Source of the DNA: the human T2T-CHM13v2.0 reference genome, Homo sapiens
NCBI RefSeq assembly: GCF_009914755.1
Contig: NC_060943.1
Length of the DNA: 64,000 nucleotides
Reading direction: 5' to 3' (one strand)
The notes under the pieces were generated by a model, which worked only from the letters and a program-made list of their open reading frames with translations, did not search any database and had not been told where the DNA came from. The position numbers and the translations under genes are program-made. Shown here piece by piece: positions 15,445 to 30,306 of the stretch (position 1 is the stretch's first letter; each line of letters begins with the position of its first letter).

Positions 15445-17334
15445 GTTACATTAGGTTCTAGGGTACATGTGCACAACGTGCAGGTTTGTTACATATGTAT
15501 ACATGTGCCATGTTGGTTTGCTGCACCCGTCAACTCGTCATTTACATTAGGTATGTCTCCTAATGCTATCCCTCCCCCCTCCCCCCAGCAGGCCCCAGTG
15601 TGTGATGTTCCCCACCCTGTGTCCATGTGTTCTCATTGTTCAATTCCCACCTATGAGTGAGAACATGTCTTGTTTGGTTTTCTGTCCTTGCGATAGTTTG
15701 CTCAGAATGGTGGTTTCCAGCTTCATCCATGTCCCTATAAAGGAGAAGAACTCATCCTTTTTTATGGCTGCATAGTATTCCATGGATCATATGTGCCACA
15801 TTTTCTTAATCCAGTCTATCACTGATGGACGTTTGGGTTGGTTCCAAGTCTTTGCTATTGTGAATAGTGCTGCAATAAACATACGTGTGCATGTGTCTTT
15901 ATAGCAGCATGATTTATAATCCTTTGGGTATATGCCCAGTAATGGGATGGCTGGGTCAAATGGTATTTCTAGTTCTAGATCCTTGAGGAATTGCCACACT
16001 GTCTTCCACAATGGTTGAACTAGTTTACACTCCCACCAACAGTGTAAAAGCGGTCCTATTTCTCCACATCCCCTCCAGCACCTGTTGTTTCCTGACTTTT
16101 TAATGATCACCATTCTAACTGGTGTGAGATGGTATCTCATTGTGGTTTTGATTTGCATTTCTCTGATAGCCAGTGATGATAAGCATTTTTCCATGTGTCT
16201 GTTGGCTGCACAAATATCTCCTTTTGAGAAGTGTCTGTTCATATCCTTCACCCACTTTTTGATGGGGTTGTTTGATTTTTTCTTGTAAATTTGTTTAAGT
16301 TCTTTGTAGATTCTGGATATTAGCCCTTTGTCAGATGGGTAGATTGTAAAAATTTTCTCCCATTCTGTAGGTTGCCTGTTCACTCTGATGGTAGTTTCGT
16401 TTGCTGTGCAGAAGCTCTTTAGTTTAATTAGATTGCATTTGTCAATTTTGGCTTTTGTTGCCATTGCTTTCAGTGTTTTAGTCATGAAGTCCTAGCCCAT
16501 GCCTATGTCCTGAATGGTATTGCCTAGGTTTTCTTCTAGGGTTTTTATGGTTTTAGGACTAATATTTAAGTCTTTAATCCATCTCGAACTGATTTTTGTA
16601 TAAGGTGTAAGGAAGGGATCCAGTTTCAGCTTTCTACATATGGCTAGCCAGTTTAACTGGCAACATTTATTAAATAGGGAATCCTTTCCCCATTTCTTGT
16701 TTTTGTCAGGTTTGTCAAAGATCAGATGGTTGTAGATGTGTGGTATTATTTCCAAGGGCTCTATTTTGTTCCATTGGTCTATATCTCTGTTTTGGTAGAA
16801 CTAATGGTCTTTTAAAAACATACCTCACCAAGCTCAGCCTTCAACTTAAAAAAGACTGGACAGTACTTTTACCGTTTGCCCTCCTTAGAATTACAGCTTG
16901 TCCTCGAGAAGCTACAGGGTATAGTCTATTTGACTATATGGACATACCTTCTTGCTGGGCCCCCACCTTGTGCCAGACACCAGCCCTCTAGGCGACTATC
17001 TTCCAGTCCTCCAGCAGGCTAGACAGGAAATTCACCAGCCTGCTAATCTTCTCTTGCCTACTCCAGATTCCCAGCCATATGAAGACACCCTAGCTGGATG
17101 ATCAGTTGTTGTTAAGAATCTGATCCCTCAAACTCTACAACCGCGATGGACTGCTTAGTCATCTATAGTACCCCAACTCCCGTCCACCTGCAGGACCCTC
17201 CCCATTGGGTTCACCATTCCAGAATAAAGCTGTGTCTGTCAGCCAGCCAGCCTGATCTCTCTTCTTCCTCCTGGAAGTCTCAAGCACTCTCCCCTACTTC
17301 CCTTAAACTCACTCGCATTTCTGAAGAACAGTAA
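12446..17334 (+). pseudogene. ERV pro-pol, disrupted and split by an L1
   Basis: Protease DMGA (DTGA decayed), RT YMDD at ~13411, RNase H DGSS and YTDSKY, integrase QIDFTH / DTFTGWIEAFP / QSNNGPAF. Confidence 0.92.
15409..16796 (-). mobile_element. 5'-truncated L1PA (about L1PA5-7): ORF2 C-terminus and 3' UTR, inserted in ERV integrase
   Basis: ORF 15787-16485 is the L1 ORF2 C-terminus ([18 protein letters not shown]). (TAT)n tail. 15-bp TSD AGAACTAACAGTCTT / AGAACTAATGGTCTT. Confidence 0.93.
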
Positions 17335-17499
17335 TAGCCCTTATAAACCTAACACATCCCTTCATTCTATTAGGTCTATTCGTCCTTACCCTACTTTTTG
17401 CAACAGGGCTTTATGAAGTCATCCCCACTACTTGGACTGTGCCCCCAAGACTTGTCATCCCTATTATCTTCTGTCTAGTCATACACCTATTCATCATTC

Positions 17500-19395
17500 T
17501 CAACTACTCGTAAATGCCCTGCCCTTGTTTACGCTGCCAGTTTACCAGTTTACACTTTTCCTCCAAGTCACCATAACTGATATCTCCTGGTTTTACTTCA
17601 AATAGCCACCCTTAACTCTCTTGCAGTGGATATAATATCTTCAGTGGCAAGATACATTCCAATTCTCCTATCCTGATAAGTCTTTCTTTTTTTTTTTTTT
17701 TTTTTTACTTTTCTACTCACTCTTATCCTTGCCCCTATTCTCCAGTCACTCTCTACCTCTCCCTAGTTACCTCCAGCATAGTATCAACCTCACCCACTCT
17801 CTCCTCACTGCCTCCAATCCTTCTCTAGTAAAAAATTGTTGGCTATGCATTTCCCTTTCTTCCTGCTCTTATGCAGCCGTCCCCGCTCTACAGGCTGACT
17901 GAGCTACCTCTCCTGTCTCCCTACACCTCTGAACCTTCTTTAATAGCCCTTGTCTTTACCCACCTGAGGAACTTCTTTACTTTCTAGACAGATTTGGTGA
18001 GAACTCCCCAGAGATTTCGCATTAAAAAGCGGCCACACTTCTCCGCATCTACTTACGGCACCTTTCTCTTTATGTCAATTCCACTCCCCCCCATATTTGG
18101 ACCCCTAACCACACAAACAACTATCCCTGTTGCTGCTCCTTTATGCTTCTCCCAAAAACAGCCTACTGGAATCCCTTTAGGAAACCTTCCACCATCCAAA
18201 TGTTCCTTTACTCTTTATCTCCAGAACCAAGCCACACACACTACCAAACAGATGGGAGCATTCCAACTTCACATTACTGATAAGCTCTCTATCATTACTG
18301 ACAAACTAAAAAACATTGGCAGTCACTAATGCTTAGGAAGACACCTACCCTGCATCTCACTCCATCTTTGGCTACCCTCGCCCTGCTCATTTGACTCTCC
18401 TCCTGACCCCTCCTCTTGCTTGCTTATACCCAGCCCCATGAATAGTAGTGAAAGACTACTCACAGATACTATGTGCTTTCTTATACACCATGAGAACTGA
18501 ACCTTCCCTCTACGCAGTTGCACCATCAATCCCCATTACAACCTCTAATGGCTGCTGCCTTTGCTGGATCTCTAGGATTTTGGGTGCAGGACCCCTCTTT
18601 CACTACACCCTCTCACCTTTTCACTTTACATTTCCAGTTATGCCTGACACAAGCTCTCTTATTTTTCTGTGGTTCTTCCACGTACACCTGCCAACTGGAT
18701 GGGCACATGTACTCTAGTCTTCCTTACCCCCAAAATCCAGTTTGCAAATGGGAACGAACAACTGCCTGTCCCCCTCATGACACCAACATGACAAAAAAGA
18801 GTCATCCCATTAATCCCTTTACTTGTGGGTCTAGGAATTTCTGCCTTCACTATTGCACTTAGAACTGGAATAGCAGCTATCTCAACCTCTGTCACACCAT
18901 TCTGCAGCCTCTCTAATGACTTCTCTGTTTAGCATTACAGATATATCACAATCTTTATCTGTCCTCCAAGCCCAGGTTGACACTTTAGCTGCAGTTGTCC
19001 TCCAGAACTGCCAAGGCCTCGATTTACTCACTGCTGAAAAAGGAGGACTCTGCATATTTCTTAATGAAGAGTGTTTGTTTAACTTTAATCAGTCTGGCCT
19101 GGTATATGATGACGTCAAAAAACTCAAAAACAGAGCTCAAAACCTCGCTAGTCAGGCAACTAATTATGCTGGACCCACCTGGCCACTCTCTAACTGGGTA
19201 TCCTGGCTTCTTCCAATCGTTAGTTCTCTAATACCTGTCTTCCTCCTTCTCTTATTGAGGGCTTGTGTCTTCTGATTAATCTCTCAATTCCTACAAAACT
19301 GCATCCAGGCTATCACTAATCACTCTATACAACAAATGCTGCTTTTAACAAACCCACAATATCACCCCTTACCCCAAAATCTTACTTCAGTCTAA
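17500..19395 (+). pseudogene. ERV env, disrupted; start coordinate approximate
   Basis: Furin/fusion region QKRVIPLIPLLVGLGI, immunosuppressive domain LQNCQGLDLLTAEKGGLCIFLNEEC, hydrophobic TM; multiple stops. Confidence 0.88.
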
Positions 19396-19559
19396 TCTCT
19401 CCCACTTTAGGTTCCCACACCACCGCTAATCCTGCTCAAAGCAGCCCTGAGAAACGTCACCCATCACTCCTCCATACAGCCCCAAAATTTCACCCCAAGT
19501 TTTCACTATTCTTATTTTATTTATTATTTTTATTTCTTATTAACATAAAAAAACAGGAA

Positions 19560-20111
19560 TGTAAGGTCCTCTGAGCTGGCCGCACCATGGTCAAACCATT
19601 GTGACATCCCCGGCCCTTGTGATAATGTACTTTGTGATATTCCTTGTCCTGTGAATGTACATTGTAACATTCCTCCCCACCCTTGTGAATGTAATTTGCA
19701 ACACCCTCCCTGCTCTTCTGAATGTACTTTGTAACATTCCTCCCATCCCTTGTGACAATACACCCTCCGCGCCCTTGTGAATGTACTTTGTAACATCCTC
19801 CCCGCCCTTGTGAATGCACTTTGTAACATTCCTCCCTGCCTTTGGGACAAGACATCCTCCCCGCCCTTGTGAATGTACTTTGTAACATCCTCCCCACTCT
19901 TGAGAATGTACTTCATAACATCCATCCCCTGCCCACAAAAAAAGTCGCTCCTAACTCCACCGCCTATCCCAAACCTATAAGACCAATGATAATCCCACCA
20001 TCTTCACTGACTCCTTTCTCAAACTCAGCCCACTTGTACCCTAGTGAATAAACAGCCTTGTTGCTCACACTAAGCCTGCTCAGGTGGTCTCTTATATGGA
20101 TGCATGTAACA
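19560..20111 (+). repeat. 3' LTR (552 bp)
   Basis: TGTAAGGTCCTCTGAGC...TAACA after a purine-rich tract; has more U3 repeat units than the 5' LTR. Confidence 0.92.
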
Positions 20112-20463
20112 TTACTGTAAAATGAGATCTTGCGGGGTGCAGTGGCTCATGCCTGTAATCCCAGCACTTCGGAGGCCGAGGTGGGTGGATCACCTCCCAA
20201 AGTGCTGGGATTACATGCATGAGTCACCATGACCAGCCAGGTATTTCTTTATAACAACTCAAGAACAGACTAATACACGTGACTATTTCCAGACTATTTT
20301 GTACCAATAGTCTAGTTGTCTGTGTACAATGCAACAGCATCTTAATTACTATAGTTTTAATCTTGATATTCATTAGGGCAAGTTCTTCCACCTTTTTTAT
20401 CAGCTGGGTCTTGATTATCCTTGCCTATTGTTCTTCCATATACCTTTTAGAAACAGTATTTCA

Positions 20464-20746
<283 letters not shown>

Positions 20747-21018
20747 TCATCCCAAAAAAAAAAAAAAAAAAAAATTCTTATTGCTTCTTTCAGTGATTTC
20801 CCTTTTTTTTTTTTCTATTCTCTCATTCTAGAATGCCTTGTAGCTGGATATTGAAGCTTTTTGCTTATCTCATACATTATTTAATTTACATCCTTTCCAG
20901 CACTTTTCTTTTTAGGCTGAATTCTGTGAAACATTCCTTGGCTTAGTCTTTGAGATCTTTCTTCTTTTTGAATTTGAGTAGTTACTGCTATGAGTTGCCT
21001 TCTTTTCACTACTTTCAC

Positions 21019-21725
<707 letters not shown>

Positions 21726-22996
21726 TCTCATAAATTTTGGTATGCCATGTCTTTGTTTTCATTTGTCTCAAGATGTTTTCTAATTTACCTTGTGAATTCT
21801 TGCTTCACCCATTGATAGATCAGGAGTGTGTTGCTTACAATAAAATGTATTTGTGAATTTTCCAGTTTTCCTTGTTTTTCATTTCTTGTTTCATTCTATG
21901 TGACTTGAAATGGTACTTTGTGTTTCAGTCTTTTACATTTCATTAAGATTTGTTTTGTGGCCTAACACATGGTTTCTCCTGGAAACTATTCCACATATGC
22001 TTGAGAAAAATGTGTTCTCTTCTGTTGTGGGGTGGGTTGTGCCAACTGTTATATAGTACTTGTCCTGTTTCCTTCTTGATATTATCGTGGCTGTTCTACC
22101 TATTAAATTGAAAGTGGTATAATGAGGTCTCCAATTGTTATGCAGAATTGTCTATTTTTCCCTTTAATTTTGCCAATATTTACTTCATGTATTTTAAGCT
22201 CTGATGTTTGATACATATAATTTTTTTATCTTCTTGATGAATTTTACCTTCTATCAGTATATACTCTCATTCACTCTCTCTTCTATCAGTTTTTTACTTC
22301 AAGTTTACTTTGTCTGATATTAATATATCCAGGCAAATTCTCTTTAGGTTACTATTTACATGGAATGATCTTTTTCCATTATTTAACTTTCAACCTTTTT
22401 TGTCTTTAGATCTAAAGCGAAGGATGGCCAGGCGTGATGGCTCATGCCTGTAATCCTAGCACTTTGGGAGGCTGAGGTGAGCAGATCACCTGAAGTCAGG
22501 AGTTTGAGACAGCCTGGTCAACATGGCAAAACCCTGTCTCTACTAATACTACAAAAATTAGCTGGGCATGGTGGTGGGTGCCTGTAATCCTATCTACTCA
22601 GGAGGCTGAGGCAGAGAGAATTTCTGGAAGCCAGGAGGTGAAGGTTGCAGTGAGCCGGGATCTTGCCATTGCACTCCAGCCTGGGCGACAGAGCGAGACT
22701 CTGTCTTAAAAAAAAAAAAAAAAAAAAAAAGCAAAGGGCAACATACAGTTGGATTGTGTATTTTAATCCATTTTGCCAAATTATGCCATTAGATTGGAGA
22801 AGTTATCCCATTTACCCTTCATATAATTACCAATAAAAAAGACTCATTTTGCCACTTTGTTACTCTTTTTCTGTATGTCTTACAGCTTTTTGGTCCCTCA
22901 TTTCCTACATTACTGCCTTTTTTGTTGATTTGTTTTTTTAGTGACATCTTTTTTTCGTCTCATTTTGTGTATATTCCATTGATATTTTATATGTAG

Positions 22997-23243
<247 letters not shown>

Positions 23244-23661
23244 TGATCCACACACCTCAGCCTCCCAAAGTGCTGGAATTAGAAGCATGGCCTGGTGACC
23301 ACGGGGATTAAATATAACATCCTAACATCCACTGTACAGTCCACTGTCCAGTCCTCACTCCTCCCACATGCTGTTCTTACTAAAATATAGAAAAAATTCT
23401 ACTAGGGGGAATTTTAAAAGCAATTAAACTTTTCAACCACAGAAAATTTACTGTCCATGACAAGTCGTCATGGACAGTAAGACACATAGAAAGGCAATCT
23501 CATTTTCATGTCATTTATTTCAATTTCTCCTCTAGTATGATCTTGTGTACAGTAACAGTAGTATCTGAAAGCTTCCCATAACTCCTCAGATTCATAGTTT
23601 ATTCTTCCAGTGAGTATTTTCAGAGGCACTTAAGGAATATGTACTGCTAAAAGTATTACCA

Positions 23662-24056
<395 letters not shown>

Positions 24057-24444
24057 TCACTGCAACCTCTGTCTCCTGGGTTCACACAATTCTCCTGCCT
24101 CAGCCTCCCAAGCAATTGGGATTAAAGGCACCCGCCACCATACTTGGCTAATTTTTGTATTTTTAGTAGAGATGAGGTTTAACCATGTTGGCAGGCTGGT
24201 CTCAAACTCCTGACCTCAAATGATCTGCCCACCTCGGCCTCCTAAAGTGCTGGGATTACAAGCATGAGTCACCACGCCCAGCATATTCTCATATTTTCAC
24301 ATTCATATAGCTTGTTTGCAGTGTGGGTTTTCACAAGTATAGTAAGACTTGTAAAATGGATGCAACATTTCCCTCATTCTGTATTATCAAGATTTCTCTC
24401 CAGTATGAATTATCATTTATATTAAAGGATGAAATAATACATAC

Positions 24445-24471
24445 GTGTGTGTATGTGTGTGTGCATATATA

Positions 24472-24523
<52 letters not shown>
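24445..24523. repeat. Compound (TG)n(TA)n microsatellite
   Basis: Directly visible. Confidence 0.95.
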
Positions 24524-24526
<3 letters not shown>

Positions 24527-25145
24527 ACATTCCCATATTTCTAACATTCATAATGTTTCTGGCCTCTTTGAGATTACCAAATATTAACACATGAGACAGA
24601 AGTAAAGATTTCCCACATCTTACCTTCATAGAGTTTCTCTCCAACGCATGTTGACTGACTTAGTAACACTGGAAGAATTCTTAACACATCTTAAATTGAT
24701 GAGGTTTCTTATATCTGAAACTGTCAGAAATTTCTGAAGGCTGTCCCAGATTTCTTACATATATAGGCTATCTGCCCACTGTGAGTTCTTTGATGTTGAG
24801 TTATTAAAAGGCATAAGTGAAGATCTTGTAGCCTTTACATTTGTAGGGTTTTATACCACTGTGAATTCTCATGTAGATATTAAGTCCTGAGCACTAAGTA
24901 AATGTTTTATCACATTCCTTACATACAGAGGGTTTTTCTCCAGTGTTGATTATGAAGTACTATGAAGGTTTGTGAAGTATTTTAAGGCTATCTCTCATTC
25001 TTACCTTCAATTGGCTTTTACAGTAATTTTTGTTATGAAAAATAAACAATATGCTGGGTGTGGTGGCTCAAGCCTGTAATCCCAGTACTTTGGAAGGCCA
25101 AGGCGGGCAGATCATGAGATCGGGAGATCGAGACCATCCTGGCTA

Positions 25146-25466
<321 letters not shown>

Positions 25467-25612
25467 TTATATCACTGGGACTTGTGTCCATGTTAAATTC
25501 ATTCCTATTATATAAGATATGGAAATTCAGTGAAGGTTGTTCATATTCTTTACCTTCCTATGATTTTTTTCCAGATGAGTTTAGATGTAAATACTAAGAT
25601 CTGAGGAACACT

Positions 25613-26902
25613 TCAGGTTTTTTCACATGCCTTAGTTCTTAGATGTTTAGCAAGTGCTGAAGATTGAGTGAAGTTTTTCCCACATTTCTTACATTCATAT
25701 GGTTTTGCTCCAGTGTGAGTTCGTGTGTGAACGTTAAGGTATGTGGAATACCTGAAGGCTTTCCCACATTCTTTACATGCATAAGGCTTTTCTCCTGTGT
25801 GCGTTCGCATGTGCATATTAAGATTTGTGGAACGAGCAAATGCTTTACCGCATTCCTTACATTCACAGGCCTTTTCTCCAGTGTGAGTTCTTAAATGGGT
25901 ACTAAGGCCCGAGGATTGAGTGAAAGCTTTCCCACATTCTTTGCATTCATATGGCTTCTCTCCAGTGTGAATCCTTACATGTTGACTAAGCATTGAGGAA
26001 TTATTAAAGGCTTTCCCACATTCTTTACATTCATAGGGCTTTTCTCCAGTATGTGTTCTCATGTGTAAAACAAGTCCTGAGGAACGAGTAAAAGCTTTCC
26101 CACATGCCTTACATAAATACAGCTTCTCTCCACTGTGAATCCTTACATGTTTTGTAAGGTATGAGGAATGAATAAAAGCTTTTCCACACTCCTTACATTC
26201 ATATGGCTTTTCTCCAGTGTGAATTCGCATGTGTAAAATAAGTCCTGTGGATCTAGTGAAGGCTTTTCCACATTCCATACATACATAGGGCTTCTTTCCA
26301 CTGTGGATTCTTGTATGATCAGTAAGGTATGAAGAATGGGTGAAGGCTTTCCCACACTCTTTACATTTATATGGTTTTTCTCCACTGTGAGTTCTGATGT
26401 GTAATTTAAGTCCTGTGGATTGAGTGAAAGCTTTACCACATTCTTTACAGACATAGGGCTTCTCTCCACTGTGAATTCTTCCATGTCCTATAAGGTGTGA
26501 GGAATTACTGAAGGCTTTCCCACATTCCTTACATACATAGTGTTTGTCTCCATTGTGAGATCTTATATGTAACTTAAGGGATGACTGATTAAGAAAAGTT
26601 CTCCAACAGTCTTTGCATTCACACAATTTCTCTTGTGTGTGAGTTTTATTCTGCCTAGTAAGATTTGGAAACTGGTTGAAGGCTTTTTCATGTTTAACAC
26701 ACTTAGGCATTTTCCCCTCAGCATGACTTTTCTTGTAAAAACTATGAGGAAAGTTCTTTCTTAAGGCTTTTCCACTCTGATTATCCTCAGAAGTTTTCTC
26801 TCCAATGTGAGTTATCATGTGAGTCATAAGAAATGGGTGTTCATTGAAGACTTTTCCAGAATGGTTAGAGTCATACAGTTTCTCTGCAGTATTGCTTCTC
26901 TC
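25613..26902 (-). CDS. ZNF846: ZNF846 zinc-finger exon: degenerate N-terminal fingers, 11 intact C2H2 fingers and one atypical last finger
   Basis: ORF 25613-26827 has repeated CxxC...HxxxH and TGEKPY linkers. Acceptor CAACAG| at 26903. The spliced total of 1602 nt (533 aa) matches the ZNF846 protein as I recall it. Confidence 0.95.
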   Translation of the reverse strand, partial: ERSNTAEKLYDSNHSGKVFNEHPFLMTHMITHIGEKTSEDNQSGKALRKNFPHSFYKKSHAEGKMPKCVKHEKAFNQFPNLTRQNKTHTQEKLCECKDCWRTFLNQSSLKLHIRSHNGDKHYVCKECGKAFSNSSHLIGHGRIHSGEKPYVCKECGKAFTQSTGLKLHIRTHSGEKPYKCKECGKAFTHSSYLTDHTRIHSGKKPYVCMECGKAFTRSTGLILHMRIHTGEKPYECKECGKAFIHSSYLTKHVRIHSGEKLYLCKACGKAFTRSSGLVLHMRTHTGEKPYECKECGKAFNNSSMLSQHVRIHTGEKPYECKECGKAFTQSSGLSTHLRTHTGEKACECKECGKAFARSTNLNMHMRTHTGEKPYACKECGKAFRYSTYLNVHTRTHTGAKPYECKKCGKNFTQSSALAKHLRTKACEKT

Positions 26903-27997
26903 CTGTTGAGATATAAAAGATGAATAAAGAATTTCTCACATTCAGTATGGTAACAGAATTTCTCCCCAATCACAACATATATGCATTGGAAATATATTTA
27001 AACATTTTAACATATCCATTATATGTACAGAGTTCCAGCCCCATTTTTGAGTTAAGTTGAGTAATAGGACAATGAGGCCACCAGCCTGCCTATATTCTCT
27101 GCATTCACAGAGCTTCTTAGACAATCTGTCTGATATTTATTTATTTATTTATTTAAGAAAGATTCTCACTCTGTCACCCAGGCTGAAGTGCAGTGGCACG
27201 ATCTTGACTCACAGCAATCTCTGCCTCCCAGTTCAAGGGATTCTCAGGCCTCAGCCTCCCAAGTAGCTAGGATTACAGGCATGTGCCACTATGCCCAGCT
27301 AATTTTTGTATTTTTAGTAAACACAGATTTTTGCCATGTTGACCAGGCTAGTCTCCAACTCCTGGCCTCAAGTGATCTGCCCGCTTTGGCCTCCCAAAGT
27401 GCTGGGATTACAGGCATTAGCCACAATACATCTGAGAATTATTTAGACTAAATTATGGGCTGGGCACAGTGGCTCATGACTGTAATCCCAGCACTTTGGG
27501 AGGCCAAGGCAGGTGGATTGCTTTGAGCTCAGGAGTTTGAGACCAGCCTGGACAAAATGGTGAAACCCCATCTCTACAAAAAAAAAAATAATCAGCCAGG
27601 CATGGTGGCTCATGCCTGTAGTCTCAGCTATTCAGGAGGCTGAGGCTGGAGGATCATTTGAGCCCAGGAAACAGAGGTTGCAGTGAGCCAAGACTGCACC
27701 ATTGCACACCAGCCTGAGCAACAGAGTAAGACCTTGTCTCAAAAATAATAATAAAGTAAAAGAAATTATGCACAAAAAACTGAATAGCTGAGTTGTATGT
27801 TTGTGGATGTTTATTTGTGAGATCTCTGAGAAGAAATATGTTTGTAGTAAGTTTAGAGTGCTTCCCATATTCATGATATTCAGAGAATCTCTTCAGACTT
27901 TGTTTTCTCTGGGTAAATGCCATTTTCCTCATATAATTTTCATGAATATTGTGCTTCTTGTCCTAGTGTGGAAGATTTCATCCCTTGGAAATCTTAC

Positions 27998-28080
27998 CAA
28001 TTGTACTCCATTTGGTGATCTTTCTGCAGAAATATCTTGCAGCAGTGGGGAGCCTTTGGTTTTGAGTTGCAAATCCAATT
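27998..28080 (-). CDS. ZNF846: ZNF846 linker exon (ELDLQLKTKGSPLLQDISAERSPNGVQL)
   Basis: 83 bp, TTTCAG| acceptor, |GTAAGA donor. Cumulative CDS of 312 nt gives phase 0. Confidence 0.88.
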
Positions 28081-28447
28081 CTGAAATAAAGTGAAAAATG
28101 CAGCTTGGGAGAAAAATTGTGGAATAAAGTCGTTTAAAAGCCTATGGGGCTGGGCGTGGTGGCTCACACCTGTAATCCTAGCACTTTTGGAGGCCTAGAT
28201 AGGTGGCTTACCTGAGGTTAGGAGTTCAAGACCAGCCTGGCCAACATGGTGAAACACTGTCTCTACTAAAAATACAAAAAATTAGCCAGGTGCAGTGGTG
28301 CATGCCTGTAATCCCAGCTACTCAGGAGGCTGAGGCAGGAGAATCACTTGAACCCAGAGGGTGGAGGTTGCGGTGAGGTGAGATCCACCACTGCACTCCA
28401 GCCTGGGCTACAGAGCAAGACTTCGTCTCAAAAAAAAAAAATGCCTA

Positions 28448-28729
<282 letters not shown>

Positions 28730-30219
28730 TCAAGTGGCTGAGTCATGAGAATCACTTGAAACCAGGAGGCAGAGGTTGCAGTGAGTCAAGATCATGCCAT
28801 TGCACTCCAGCCTGGGTGACAGAGTGAGACTCTGTGTCAAAAAAGAAAAAAATATATATATACATATATATATAGCTAAGTGAAAGAAGCTAGAGAGAAA
28901 AGGTTACATTGTATGATTCCATTTATATAAGATATACAGAAAGGGTAAATCCGTAGAGAGAGAAAGCAAATTAGTCTCTGTAGGGTGAGTGGGGACTGAC
29001 TACTTGATGGGTATATGGTTTCCTTTTGGTGTGATGGTAATGCTTTGAAACTAGACCAAGCACACTGGCTCATGCCTGTAATCCCAACACTTTGGGAGAC
29101 GGAGGCAGGTGGGTCACTTGAGGTCAGGAGTTTGAGACCAGCCTGGCCAACATGGTGAAACTCCATCTCTATCAAAAAACACAAAAATTCACCAGGCATG
29201 GTGGCGCACGCCTGTAGTCCCAACTACTCAGAAGGCTGAGGCAGGAGAATCACTTGAAGCCAGGAAGCTGATGGAGGTTGCAGTGAGCCAAGATGGCTCC
29301 ACTGGACTCTATCCTGGGCAACAGAGAGAGACTCTGTCTCAAACAAACAAACAAACAAAGAAATGCCTTGAAACTAAAAAGAGCTGATAGCTACACAACA
29401 CTAAAATGGTAAATTTTTGTATATTTTACCTAAAAAAAGTATATGGCACATTTGTATATCTTTCCAAACATGCATAAAACATGATTAAAAAAAAAAAGAG
29501 TGAAGCAAATGGAAAGATGGACTATAAAGAGTTTGGCTATGTCAGAAGTTTTGCAATGGTAAAGATATGGTGTCAAAACTATCACTACACCTGTAATGCC
29601 AGCACTTTGGGAGGCTGAGGCAGGTGAATCACAAGGTCAGGAGTTCGAGAACAGCCTGGCCAACATAGTGAAATCCCATCTCTACAAAAATACAAAAAAT
29701 TAGTTGGGCGTGGTGTCAGGTGCCTGTAATCTTAGCTACTTGGGAGGCTGAGGCAGGAGAATTGCTTGAACCCAGGAGGTGGAGGTTGCAGCAAGCCAAG
29801 ATCATGTCACTGCACACCAGCCAGGGCGACAGTGCAAGACTCCATCTCAAAAAAAAAAAAAACCTGTATTACTTATTATCCAACTAATAATATGCAGAAA
29901 ACTGAGGCTGGTAGTAAGCAAAAAGATGGGAGAATCAAGAAAGCAATATAAGAAGGTGTTGGCAAAGGACCTACATGCATAAGATGGAATTTTCAAATAA
30001 GGCAGACAAACCTTTCTGAGAACAGAAAAGAGGTTGAGAAGATCAATGGAAATTTAAAGATGAGGGGAGTTGAAAGTATCTAAGGAAACCAAATGGCCTC
30101 AGCCTTCTCAGGAAGAAGAGTATACCCTGAGAAGTTCGCAAAGTAACATTTCCAATGTACTGCATGTCTCCTAGGGTGGCACAGCAGTGCCATAATACCA
30201 CATCTGCTTATGAACTCAC

Positions 30220-30306
30220 CCTGCAGAACTCCTGTCACTCCTGTCCTCAGCTCTTCCATTTGTTCCAATCCAGACATGAGACTACGTTTGAATAATTCAG
30301 ACCCTG
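30220..30306 (-). CDS. ZNF846: ZNF846 KRAB-B-like exon (AGSELFKRSLMSGLEQMEELRTGVTGVLQ)
   Basis: 87 bp, CCTCCAG|CAG (NAGNAG) acceptor, |GTGAGT donor, keeps the frame. Confidence 0.9.

Larger units (their letters stand above)
9893..20111 (+). mobile_element. Full-length defective gammaretrovirus-like provirus of the HERV-F/H supergroup (probably HERVFH21/XA34 type with LTR21-like LTRs)
   Basis: TG...CA LTRs at both ends, perfect 5-bp TSD TTACT (9888-9892 and 20112-20116), Phe-like PBS, gag-pro-pol-env order, polypurine tract before the 3' LTR. Family name is from memory. Confidence 0.9.

Noticed and set aside
15346-15660. ORF with a poly-isoleucine run
   Set aside because: It is the (TAT)n-converted L1 tail and antisense L1 3' UTR.
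19590-19925. Regularly spaced ~33-bp repeats resembling a CRISPR array
   Set aside because: These are degenerate tandem U3 units inside a retroviral LTR, with no unique spacers or cas genes, in primate DNA.
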